A stretch of DNA of 64,000 nucleotides from Felis catus (Eukaryota): assembly GCF_018350175.1 (NCBI RefSeq), contig NC_058375.1, forward strand, positions 34,472,001 through 34,536,000, written 5' to 3'. This document shows, piece after piece, positions 38,053 through 52,400 of the stretch. The notes beneath the pieces were generated by a model. It worked only from the letters and a program-made list of their open reading frames with translations. It was not told the DNA's origin and made no database searches. Numbering within the stretch: the first letter of the stretch is position 1; each line of letters starts with the position of its first letter. The position numbers and the translations under genes were made by a program.

Positions 38053-38175
38053 GGGTGCCTGGCTGGCTCAGTCAGAAGAGCATGAGACTCTTGATCTCTC
38101 AGGGTTGTGAGTTCGAGCCTTGTGTTGAATGTAGAGATTACTAAAAATAAACTTTAAAACTAAGTAAAATAAATA
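38053..38175 (+). mobile_element. Short CAN-SINE
   Basis: gggtgcctggctggctcagtcagaagagcatgagactcttgatc...tagagattactaaaaataaac. Confidence 0.88.
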
Positions 38176-38410
38176 GGGGCACCGGGGTGGCTTAGTCGGT
38201 TAAGCATCCTGCTTCAGCTCAAGTCATGATCTCACAGTTCATGGGTTCGAGCCCCACATGGGGCTCTGTGCTGACAGCTCAGAGCCTGGAGCCTGTTTCA
38301 GATTCTGTGTGTCTGTGTCTGCCCTTCCCTGACTCATGCTCTGACTCCCTCTCTCTCTCTCAAAAATAAATAAACCTTAAAAAAACAAATTAAAAAAATA
38401 AAAATAAAAG
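38176..38410 (+). mobile_element. CAN-SINE (SINEC_Fc-like) nested in the tail of the preceding SINE
   Basis: TSD taagtaaaataaata at 38161 and 38411. Confidence 0.92.
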
Positions 38411-38472
38411 TAAGTAAAATAAATAAAAATTCAGTTTTTAATTAAAACAAGCATATTATAAAACATTATATA

Positions 38473-38673
38473 GGGGCACCTGGGTGGCTCAGTCGGCTAG
38501 GTGTCTGACTTTGGCTTAGGTCGTGATCTCACGGCTTGTGGGTTTGAGCCCATGTCAGGCTCTGTGCTGACAGCTCAGAGCCTGGAGGCTGCACATTTTG
38601 TGTCTCCATCTCTCTCTGCCTCTCCCCTATTTGTGCTGTGTCTCTGTCGAAAATGAATAAACATTAAAAAAAA
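38473..38673 (+). mobile_element. CAN-SINE (SINEC_Fc-like)
   Basis: ggggcacctgggtggctcagtcgg head; TSD attatata. Confidence 0.92.
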
Positions 38674-39039
38674 TAGATTATATAAAAACAAGTACATTTC
38701 AGTGCTTATTTAGTCACATGAGAGGACAGTGCAGCTACAGGACATTTCCATTATTGCAGGAAGTTCTTTTGGACAGTTCTGGTCTACAATGACTAATTTG
38801 TTTCTCCGGGAAATCACAGAAACTCGAATAAACTAGATACTTTTTCTCCTGTTTATTTTTATTCATCAAACACTACAGGTCCTGAAGGTCTGAATTGTAT
38901 TTGACTGGATTCCTGTCCTCATAGTGGAATTGGGAAGAGAGGCAGTTAAGTAAGCAATTGCCACACAGTGAAACAGTACCGTCTATAAGGAGGGAAGCCC
39001 CCGTGGGCACTTCTTCATTCCCCACATTTGCAGAGAAGC

Positions 39040-39960
39040 GTGGCATGCTGGCATTGTCCGAAGTTAGTTAAAGAAGCAGGTGAACAGGGAGATGAGGTCC
39101 TTGCTCTCAGGGAGTGCCTGGTCTACTGGTAGGGGCAGATCTGTAAAAGGACCATGGCAACAGACAAGGTGGGCACCAATCGTGTATTCTACAAATAATG
39201 TATGGAGTGTGCTAGGCACTGGGAATACAGCAGTAAGCTCAAAAACCCTTTCATACTGCTTACATTCTCATGGGGGGGGGGGGGGAGGGAAGAGATGAAC
39301 AAAATAAAGTAATTGGCATGCCAGATGGTGATAAGTACTATGGGGAACTATAAAGCTGGGAAGGAGTGTAAGGAAGAGTGGGTTGCAATATTCAACAAGA
39401 TAGTTAGGGAAGGCCTTTTGAAGAATGTGACAAAGACCAAAAGGAAGTTATGGAGTGGGCCACGTGGATGAGTAGAACAGAGAGAACAAGTGCAAGGGTG
39501 ATGTACTGGGGGTATGGCTGGTATGTTCAAGGAAAAGCAAGGAGGCCAGTGCAGTTAGTGGAAGAATATTAGATGAAGTCAGGTAAGGGGCATGGGAAGC
39601 CGCACTGGGAGAGGCCTAGTGGGCCATTATAAGGACTGTGGCTTTTATTCCAAGTGAAATGGCATTTTAAACCAAAGAGTGACATGATCTGAAGTTTCAT
39701 GACATGAACTGAGTGACATGATCTGAAGGATCACCAGGGCAACCGGGAAGCCCAGAGCAGGTTATCACCCTGCCTCTGGGTTAGGGAAGGCTTCCTGACA
39801 GGGCTTTCCGGGGACCAGTAGGTGTTAGCTGGGCAACGGGATGAGCACGAAGAAGAGTGCTCCAGGCAGAAGAAAGCATGAGCAAGGTGAGAAAGCATGA
39901 CACTCTCACGGAACTGGGTAGGACGACAAGGGAGGGGGCCCAGGGGATCCAAGCAATGGC
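39040..39960 (-). mobile_element. L2 fragments
   Basis: gtgctaggcactgggaatacagcagtaa, ttagggaaggcctttt, ggaaaagcaaggaggccagtg, ggccattataaggactgtggcttttattc motifs. Confidence 0.7.
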
Positions 39961-40129
39961 TTGGAGGATAAGCTAGAGAGGCTCAAGAGCAGGCTCCGGT
40001 GTATTGCAGGGCTGGTGGGCCGATCTGGGACTGAATGTCAGGGCTGAGGAGGCGCAGATTTGGAGAGACGCGACAGGGACCACCTAGAGGTCGAGGTACT
40101 AATGACGCTAGAGCCTCTTCCGAAGCGCA

Positions 40130-40270
40130 AGACTACAACAACCACAATCCTCAGCGCTTGCAGTTCCGGCGTCGCCAAGTTCTAGACTGGAGGCGACGCG
40201 GCGCGGGGTCACGTGGTGCGGGCGCGTCACGTGGATAAGTCAGGTGACGCTGCGGGGCGGGCGGACAGAC
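40130..40270 (+). promoter_or_regulatory. ATP6V0B: ATP6V0B promoter with CLEAR/E-box cluster
   Basis: GTCACGTG at 40208 and 40226, GTCAGGTGAC at 40239, GC boxes, ACTACA at 40132. Confidence 0.8.
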
Positions 40271-40347
40271 TGCGGGGCGGACGGTGGACGCAGGGACGCG
40301 GGTTTAGCTGTGGCCCCACGGACCCGAGCCCCGCCGTCGTTGCCGCC

Positions 40348-43334
<2,987 letters not shown>

Positions 43335-43582
43335 ATGATCTGTATGGGTGGGGCTGTGTCCCACTCTTATTTATTTGTGGTTTTCCTGGGACAGCTGGAG
43401 CTGTCATCCTTGGCCTTTCAGGGGGCTTGTGTTCAAGAGCCCTCCCTGCACTCACTTGTTTGTCAACTCGGAAGCACTGCCTGGCTGGAGCCTCAGTGTG
43501 GGAAGTGGGTCACTGATGACCGTGTGCAGCTGTGCACCTGTGTCCCACCTCCACCCCTAACCCATTTTCCCGGTGTTTGTGA

Positions 43583-43588
43583 AATAAA
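43583..43588 (+). terminator. ATP6V0B: ATP6V0B poly(A) signal AATAAA
   Basis: Canonical hexamer followed by GT/T-rich downstream sequence. Confidence 0.8.
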
Positions 43589-44329
43589 CGTGGTATTTGT
43601 CTGGGTCAGTGCCGCCTCTGTTGCCTTCCTTTGCTACTTTCTTTCAGGGAGGGAGGGTAAACGGGCCTGTAGGCCTCAACCTAATGTCAGCCTCTTGGCA
43701 CTTTTCTGGCTCATACATAGTCTCTACTCTGGACAGAACTAGTTCCTGGGTGGGGAGGTATGGTGCTGGGCTAAGGACTGTAGCCCTGAACATCCTTATT
43801 GAAAGGAACAAGGGAGTCTAGGGATATGGACCCAGGTGATTGTGCAGGGGAAGGGTCTGTCCTTAGTCCCATGTCTTCAAGGTTTTGTCTAAGCCCAGAT
43901 GAGCCATCTGCTTACCTGGCTCTACCCTCCGGCATCCATCACCCTCTACCCCTCTGGAGCTTGGAGCCCATTCATTTGCCTCTGCCTATCCCAGTGCCAT
44001 CCCCTGCCAGTAACAAATTTGAATCCTTGTTCCCAGGGCCCTGTCCAGTTCCTCCCTCTTCCGTGCAGTCTCTTAACCAACCTCCTGTTACCCTAGAAGC
44101 CCCCGCCACACACGTCTGTCCTCGCCTTTAAGGGTCCTGCCCAGCTGGCGGGCCTTTCATCCTGTTCCTATCGATGAATTGACAAATCCCTAACCTCCCT
44201 GTTTGTGTCGCCTAACTTCCAGGCCCCCTTCTTCGGCGGAGTTCGAGCTCCAGCCCACACCCACCCCGAAATGGGTTTGACCCACCCACACCGCCCCATC
44301 CAGGCCCCGAATCCAACCTCTGGAGTGAC

Positions 44330-45280
44330 CTTACCGATGTCCGCGCCTTTCCGGTCCCTCGCCACCCCCGGCCCCTCGCTCCGCCGCGCTTGGCCGCCGG
44401 CGGGAGGGGCGGGTGGCGGAGGCGCGCGGCGGGTGCGGGCGCGCTGGAGGCGGGGGCCGCGGGGGCGCGCGCGCGGGCGCGCCGGCCGGGCCTGCCCCTC
44501 CGAGGCGCCGTAGCGCGGGAGGGAGGCGGCGGCGCTGTGGTCCATCGGTCCTCGGGTCCGTGGGTCTGCCCGGCCGCCCGGCCCCGCCCTGCCCCCCGGG
44601 GCGGCTCGGCTCCATGGCCCGCGGCGGCGGCGGGAGGCGGCCCGGGGGCCGCAGGGGCCGCTGACCGGGCGGCGGGAGGCGGCGGGGCCGGGCCATGGGG
44701 GACGGAGCCGTCCGCAGCCGCGGGAGCCGGGAACCCAGCCCGAGCAGGAGCGGCACCCCCTGCTGAGCCCCGAGCGCCGGGTGAGAGGGGTGCGCGCGCG
44801 GCCCCCAGCCCAGGGCCCCGACATTCCAGACCCGGCCCCGCCAGGAGCGCCCCGAGCGCGGCCCCGCGATCCCCGCCCAGGAGCCGGTGAGAGGCGCCGG
44901 CGGTCAGACCCCGGCCTGGCGTTTCCCCACCCCACCCCCACCCCTCCCCCTCGGCTCCCCCCGGACTCTTCTGCCCGCCCCCTGCCAGCCTCCCTTATTG
45001 TCCTCGCTCGCCCCGGCCTCGTGGCTCGGGGAGGCGCTCCACTCACGTTTCCTCCTTGCCTCGGCCCCCGCCCCACATCCACGCCCCCCCCCACCCCCCG
45101 CCCCGGCTCCACACCCACCGGGTCTTCGCTGCCTCCCCCGTCCCGGGAGCCACGTGTTCAGGCCGCTCTGTCTTCCAGCCCCGCCCAAGCGCACCTCGCA
45201 GCCTGGCCGCCAGCCTGACCCAGAACCCCTGCCCGGGAGGGAGGGGTGGGAATGTTTGCACGTGGGGCCGGGCGTCTGAG
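44330..45280 (+). promoter_or_regulatory. B4GALT2: B4GALT2 CpG island with non-coding exon 1 (probable donor CGG|GTGAGA at 44780/44781)
   Basis: Extreme GC/CpG density, GC boxes, donor consensus. Confidence 0.75.
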
Positions 45281-46476
45281 CTGCCGGGGAGCCTGCATGC
45301 ATGGCTGTGTACATCGAGGAGCAGCGGCTTTGTTTGTGAGTGTGTGACTCTGCGTTACTGTTACTGTCGCTGGGGTGTGTCTGTGACTCTATATGTAGTT
45401 CTCTGTGTGTCCTGAGTGCAGGTGACTTTAGCTGGGACTCCAGGTATCTGTGGTTGTGTGCTGCTGGGTATCTGTGAGACTCAGCCTGCTTCCTGAAGCA
45501 TTGCCAGAAGTGTTGGTGCTCTGTTGGAACCGCGGCTGGAGCTGTGGCCCAGGCAGCCCCTTTCCTGCCTGCTGGTGCTGGACCCACCTCCAGGGCCCAT
45601 ATGTTCCTTCTGGGAATCAGCACGAGCAGTGCTGCGCAGGCGCCAGAAAGTTCATCCCAATCCTTGAGGTCTTAGAGGAGGGGTGTCTCATGCCCCACCC
45701 TGTATTTTGACCTCGTGCTCCGGACGGAAGGGAGCCCATAAACATCTCGTTCGTATTTGGGCCTCCTGGATGCTGAGGGCTACTTGCCAGCCTGGTCCTA
45801 GTTGGCCTGGCCTACTTGCCACTGGTACCTATCCAACCCAACCACTGCCCACCATGCTTCTGGGAAGACTAACTGACGTCGTGAGTACCAAGCCCCCTTG
45901 CATGGTGGGTACTCAATAAATGGTCTCCCTTCCCCAGACCACGAGTCCTGGGTTGAGGATGCTACCCTGTGGGGTGTTGTCCTCTGGGGGCGCAGGTACA
46001 CATATGGTACACGTTATCTGCAGATAAACGTGTTTCCGTGTTGAGGTATGAACCAGTGTGACTAGAAGTCATGTGTCCGTGTTTCTGAGAACACATGGGG
46101 GTGTGTGTCAAGTAAGGGCGTGCACCTGAGCGTGAGAGTGCATGAGGCTGTGCTTGTGTGTATGCGTGTCAGCAAGGACAACGAATGTACACCTATGTGG
46201 GTTAGTACTCTTGTGTGTGAGGATGTGTGAGTAGTGAGTTGCCAGGGACCGTGTCTGTGTATCTGTTTGCAGGTAGAATGTGAGCCCGTGAGTATCACAG
46301 GGTACGAGCAGGTAAGTGTGAGGATGTGGATCCGTGAGTGTGAGCAGCGGGCGGGAGAGGGGTGGGTAGTCTTGCCCACAGGGCCCTGACCTTCTGGGTC
46401 TGTTTCTCTCTTCCCCCTGTGCAGGCCGGCAGCCGGATGCCCGGGCCCATNNNNNNNNNNNNNNNNNNNNNNNNNN

Positions 46477-49400
46477 NNNNNNNNNNNNNNNNNNNNNNNN
46501 NNNNNNNNNNNNNNNNNNNNNNNNNNNNNNNNNNNNNNNNNNNNNNNNNNNNNNNNNNNNNNNNNNNNNNNNNNNNNNNNNNNNNNNNNNNNNNNNNNNN
46601 NNNNNNNNNNNNNNNNNNNNNNNNNNNNNNGTGCCCTCCACCCAGCTGCCAGCAGCAGCACCAACTTCTCTCGGCCCAACGCCACTGCCCCCAGCTCGGG
46701 GCTCCCTGAGGCTCCCAGTGCCCGGCCGGGCCCCACGGCTCCCATCCTGCCTCCCTGTCCTGACTCGCCGCCTGGTCTTGGTGAGCCTGCAGGGTGGGGC
46801 CTGCCTATTGGGGTGGGCAGAAGACCTGACCATCTTGGTTTGGGGAATGACCCATGGGAGCGCTGGGGCTCCAGGTCTGTCGCGAGAGGGCTGTTCCTGG
46901 GGTTCCCTTGCCCACCCCTGGGCTGCGGGAGAGGGCTGGTGTCCCTGGATTCTGAAGAAGGCCTGATTCCCGCTACCGTCCTGCCTGCAGTGGGCCGACT
47001 GCTGATTGAGTTCACCTCACCCATGCCACTGGAGCGGGTGCAGAGGGAGAACCCAGGCGTGCTTCTGGGCGGCCGCTATACGCCACCTGACTGCACGCCC
47101 GCCCAGACAGTGGCAGTCATCATCCCCTTTCGACACCGGGAGCACCACCTACGCTACTGGCTCCACTATCTGCACCCCATCCTGAGGCGACAGCGGCTGC
47201 GCTATGGCGTCTACGTCATCAACCAGGTGTGCTTCCTGTGGCCCCAGGCCGCGCACCGGCCACCAGGGAACCCATAAGCACCTGTAGGTGTGGGGACCCA
47301 CGTGCCTTGTGGGGCATCCGTGGGGTTGGGGGCATCTGTGGGTTCTTGTCTGCCTATGGTTGTGTGGAGCCGTGGATGTACGCCTGGGGCTACGTGTACG
47401 CCCATGCACACACAGGAAGGTTTGCGTGTGTGTGAAGAGGACTGTGCGCATGCGAATGTTGGCACGCACACCGACAGGTGTGTGCATGGCCTCAGTGGGG
47501 ATGAGCCCCATTGTCTACGGTTGATAGGCCCCGCCCCATGGAGGTGGAGAAATGTAGGGTCTGCTGGCTGTGAGGAGATGTGGAGGAGCCCCAGGAGAGG
47601 GAGAGTTAGACCCTGAAAGAGAAATGGAGTCTGCATCAGGGCCAAGGCCATAGCAGAGGCCCGGGAACTCAGCTTAGTGTCTAAGCCTTCCCATGGGCCT
47701 CACTGGGGCTGGCTGCTGGGGTCTGGGGAGGATGCGATCAGGTCCTCCTTCCCATACTTGGGACTCCCATACTTGGACTTGGATCTCTGTAGACTCCAGG
47801 AAGATGGTGTGAGATGAGTCAGAGCAGGGCGCTGTGGGAGCACATAGAGGCCCTGTCCAGCCCTGAGGGATGAACAGGCATCAGCCAACAGACAGACTGG
47901 AGGCCCCAGGCCCCAGTGAGAGAATGGGTCTCGTGTGTTCGGGAACTGTCGGCTGAGGTGTGGAGTCCAACGTGTAGGGTGGGTAGCAAAGATGATGCTG
48001 GAGTTGCTGGTGGAGGCCAAATCCAGAAGGGTCTCTGGAGGCATGTGAAGCAATTGAGCTCCAGGTAATGGGGCACCACTGGAAGGTTCTAAACAGGGAG
48101 TGGTGTGTACGTTTCTTATTGGGAAGATTGCTCTGCCAGGGCATCTCGAGGGTTTCTTCTTGGCTGTTTGCCAGGTGGTTGGCTGCACCTGTGAGTGAGA
48201 GGGGAGCACAGGAACTGGGCCAGTCTGGGGGAGAACATGACTCTGAATTCTTTTTTGCATGTGATGAGTTTGAGTGTCTGGGTGAAGTATGAGAGGAATG
48301 TTCAGGAGGCAGTTGGACCAGGAGTGAGGCCTGAGGTGCAGAGAGGGATCTGGGAGCCACCAGCATGCACATGGTCCTTAAAACCCAACAACATCCAACC
48401 TGCCCAGGGAGCATGGGACCCGAGAGGAGAAAACCAGTATGTAAGGGACGGGTGGAGAAAGGGACAGTGCCACGGAGGCTGTGAAGGTTGGCCAGAAATG
48501 TTCAAGGAGCCCCTGGAGAGTGTGGTGTCCCAGAGGCCCAGGAATAAGTGTCCAGAAGGAAGCATGGAGGCTACGTGAGTATTGCCGGGGGAGTGAGGAT
48601 GTGGACTAAGAAGCGTCCAGTGGATTTAGCAACAAGGTGGGCCCAGCGAGAGCCATTTCAGGGGCATGGTGGGGGCGGAAGCAGATTGCAGTGGGTTGAA
48701 GAAGGAATCAGATTTGACAAAATGGAAATAGCCAATTGGAGACAACTCTTTAAAAAACTACTCTGCTGAGAAGGGAAGGCAAAGGTAGGGCGGTGGCTAG
48801 AGAGAGGTTTATTTTTCAGATGGGGTAAAACTGAGCGTGCTTATGAGCTGCGTGGGAGAAACCTAGGGCTCCTGGCTGGTGAGAGAGGTCAGAAAGGAGA
48901 GCCGATGAGCCAGGAGAAAACACAGAGTTGCTGCGAGGGCTGGTAGGAGAGAAGTGAAGGGCCAGGAGGAAAGAGAGCAAGCGGGGCCAGGTGGTTTAGG
49001 GGAGCAGCTGCCACCCCGTCAGGCCCAGGTTGGCTGGTGGGAAGGAGGGGCCAGGATTCCTCTTCTTCTTCCAGCAGGGCCCACCCTCTCCAGTCTGGCT
49101 CCAGTCTGTAATTTATGAGTTGGGACAGGGGCTCGGGGTCACCTCCTTCCACGGGATCCTCCTCGCTCTGGCCAGAATTTGGAGCTTGGGCCTGCATGGC
49201 CAGGAACCCAGCCTCAAGGAGGCCTGGCCCTGCAGCCCTATTTCTCAGGGGACCCCCAGGCTCACTGGGCCATGGCTGCCTGTATACCCCGTGCTTGTCA
49301 TTTTGCTGGGGAGATCAGTGAATCTCGCCAGGTCCTGTCCCAGTCCCAGAGGCTGCCCAGGGAGTTGGATGTGGATCCAGATGAGCCAGAGGGGGCAGGT

Positions 49401-52400
49401 GGCTGAGACTTAGTGGCTCAGTCCCCATTGTTTCTTTACCTTAGACACTGGTCATTTGGGGCATTCGTTGTTCATCTCATTTTGTGACTGTGCTCAGCAG
49501 GGATACAGGGCTGCTCTTCTCTAAGGTTCCCACCAGCACAAAGATGATGCCTGGCATCAAGGACAGGGCTGTAGGGCGTGCTGGAATGTAGGGGTGAAAG
49601 GAGTGAAATGAGAGCTCTGAATCACAGTTTACCCAGACACTGGCATAAGTGAGGCTCCTAGGAAAGAATGAATAATTATGCTGAGGAGGGGAGGTTTGAT
49701 CAGAGAGGCCTTGCCAGACATAAGCCTGATAAGCAGAGAAGGAGAGCATTCCAGAGCTAACACCGAGGCCTTGAGGCAGTAAAGCCTGGCATGTTCTGGG
49801 GCTGCTGAGGAACATAGTACAGCTGGGCCATGGGGTCTGAAGGCAACAGCCAGAGAGGAGACTGGAGCCAGGTCATGGAAAGCCTTAGAAGTCAGGTCCA
49901 GGACAACAAGCTGGACTTAGGGGATCCACTCGGAGGGCAGGGCGGGGGCGGGGGGTAGTAGTAGGCCCCTGGGGACTTCTGGACAGTGGTAGAGTGGCAG
50001 GTGCCTGCCAGTCACAGGCCCCGAACTGACCTTTCCCCTGCGCCAACCCCAGCATGGTGAGGACACCTTCAATCGGGCCAAGCTGCTCAACGTGGGCTTC
50101 CTAGAGGCGCTGAAGGAGGATGCCACCTATGACTGCTTCATCTTCAGTGACGTGGACCTGGTCCCCATGGATGACCGAAACCTGTACCGCTGTGGTGACC
50201 AGCCCCGCCACTTTGCCATTGCCATGGACAAGTTTGGTTTCCGGTGAGGGCTCCTTTCTCAACTGGACCCAGACTCCCCACCCCTACTGTCTGCACCACA
50301 CCCAGCGCCCCCTTGCTTCTGCCCTTGTGGCACACTCTCCCCCACCCCATCTCTGGCCCTCCCTCTGGAATCCCCTCAGGCCTCTCACTGACACCTGCCC
50401 TTCCATGCCACAGGCTGCCTTATGCTGGGTACTTTGGAGGTGTGTCGGGCCTGAGTAAAGCCCAGTTTCTGAGAATCAATGGCTTCCCCAACGAGTACTG
50501 GGGCTGGGGTGGCGAGGATGACGACATCTTCAACCGGTGAGTAGGGGCGGGGCGGGAGTAGACCGGGTGCAGAAGGTGCAGCGCAGACTGGGCGAGGCTC
50601 CTTGCCCTTCCTGGTGCCTGCTCCAGCCCGTCTGTCCCCATCCCCAGGATCTCCCTGACTGGGATGAAGATCTCGCGCCCAGACATCCGCATAGGCCGCT
50701 ACCGCATGATCAAGCACGACCGGGACAAGCATAACGAGCCCAACCCGCAGAGGTGACCCCAAGTGCCCTTAATCCCTTACTCCCTAGAAGTGACTCCCCA
50801 GCGCCACTGATCCCCAGATGTTTCCCCAAGGCCCCTGACCCTCGATTCCTAGAGATGACTCCCACGTCCCTGATTCCTGTTCCCTAGCCCCCAGCTCAGC
50901 CTCACTCCAGACTTCTGTCCTCCTAATTCCGAGAGGTGACAGGAATGTAAAGGCAGGGCTCAAATCATCACCGAGTAGATTACATTCCCATCGGTGTCCT
51001 CACAGACCTCCCTGGTGCCAGAGCAGATGGGACAAGAGATAGCAGGCGCCGGGCACAGCTCCTGGGCCTGGGGACCCAATAAAGGTGGCCTGAGCGATGT
51101 GGGGCAGGGCGCGGAAAGATAGTGCTGGCCTCTCTGAGACGGGAGTGGGCTGCTCCGTCCCCAAGGATGCGGCAATATTTGGTGTCTGGTGCTGGCTGGG
51201 AGGAGCACCTGAGGGCGCATGCACTGTAGACCGGCACTTCCTGGCACTGCTTTAACCTTGGTGGGAGGGGGGCCCAGAGCCAGTCCCAGCTGGACATCCC
51301 ATGTGAAGTTCATTCCAGGGAAGGAGACAGGCAGTTGCAGCACAAGGTTCAGGGCATGTACTGTCCTGGCAGAAAGAGGGAGTGATGGTGGGAGTCCTCC
51401 TGGAGGAGGTGATGGTAAACTCGGAACTTGGAAAGGTTATTTATTCAATAGGTACTTGTCACACACCTGCCTTGGGCACAGTGCTATCTTCACCAGGCTA
51501 GTGGAGGTGGTCAGTTTGGAAAGGAATAGCATTTGCAGGAGTCTGAAATGTGAACATGCCGAGAATCTGAAAGTCTGGTATTACAATCTCTGAAGGCTGG
51601 GAGTGACAGTAGAGGGGTCAGTGCTGGGTGTTTGGGGTCGCATATCCCAAGATGAGAGTTTCACTTTTGTCCCAGGGGCACTGGGGAGTCACAGAAGGGC
51701 TTTAAGCAGGGCACGGGCAGGATGAGATTTGCGTTTGAAAGGATCACCCTTTGAGTTTGAAGAAGGTGAAGGGCTGGCAGAGCTGCTGGTGGGCCAGGAA
51801 GGGAGCCGACCAGGCTTGGAGGAATCCGCCGGGCCCAGGGGTGTGATAGGTGTGCGCCTGCTGTGCCCCCAGATGGAGCAGTAGGCTTGTTCTGTTCTGA
51901 ACCCAGGATATAAGAGTGGGGAGGTCGGTTGCAGCACCAATGGAAGGTTGACATTTGGCAGGAGCATGAAGCACAGGGCACAGGGAGCTGATGAAAGAGC
52001 AGTTCAGATAACAGACGTGGTGAGCGGGGGAGGGAGAAGAGGGGCTGCAGGGCATCCAAGGGAGAGTGCTCGGTGTTGGGATGGCTCCAGAGAGGGATCC
52101 AAGCCGAGCTCGGAAGGACCGGAAAGGTCCAAACAGTTGGGATGAGGGTGGGAGCAGAGCTCTAGAAGCACATGCCAGGAGCCTAGGTCCTGTTTCAGGC
52201 CTAGGTGTCATCATCAGTTCGTGATATCTGCCTTGGGTGAGGACGTGGCAAGACAGCACAGCATTTCTGGCTTAAGGAACTCTGGATGGTGGTTCCATCC
52301 ACCTAGTTGCTTTTGCCTCAGATCCCGTTCTCCTGGATTCTTCTTTCACTCACCCTACATGTCTGAACCATCAGCAAGTCGTGTCCGTGCCATTCCCAAA

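Larger units (their letters stand above)
37965..38781 (-). mobile_element. MER3-like hAT element split by three SINE insertions
   Basis: ctgtgttgtccaata...tggctatttaaa at left; acatttccattattgcaggaagttcttttggacag at right. Confidence 0.75.

Noticed and set aside
39678-39728. Direct repeat gagtgacatgatctgaag x2
   Set aside because: Small local duplication inside a decayed L2; no functional sign
44168-45623. 316-aa and 239-aa minus-strand Arg/Gly/Pro-rich ORFs
   Set aside because: Expected by chance in a stop-poor CpG island; no domain resemblance
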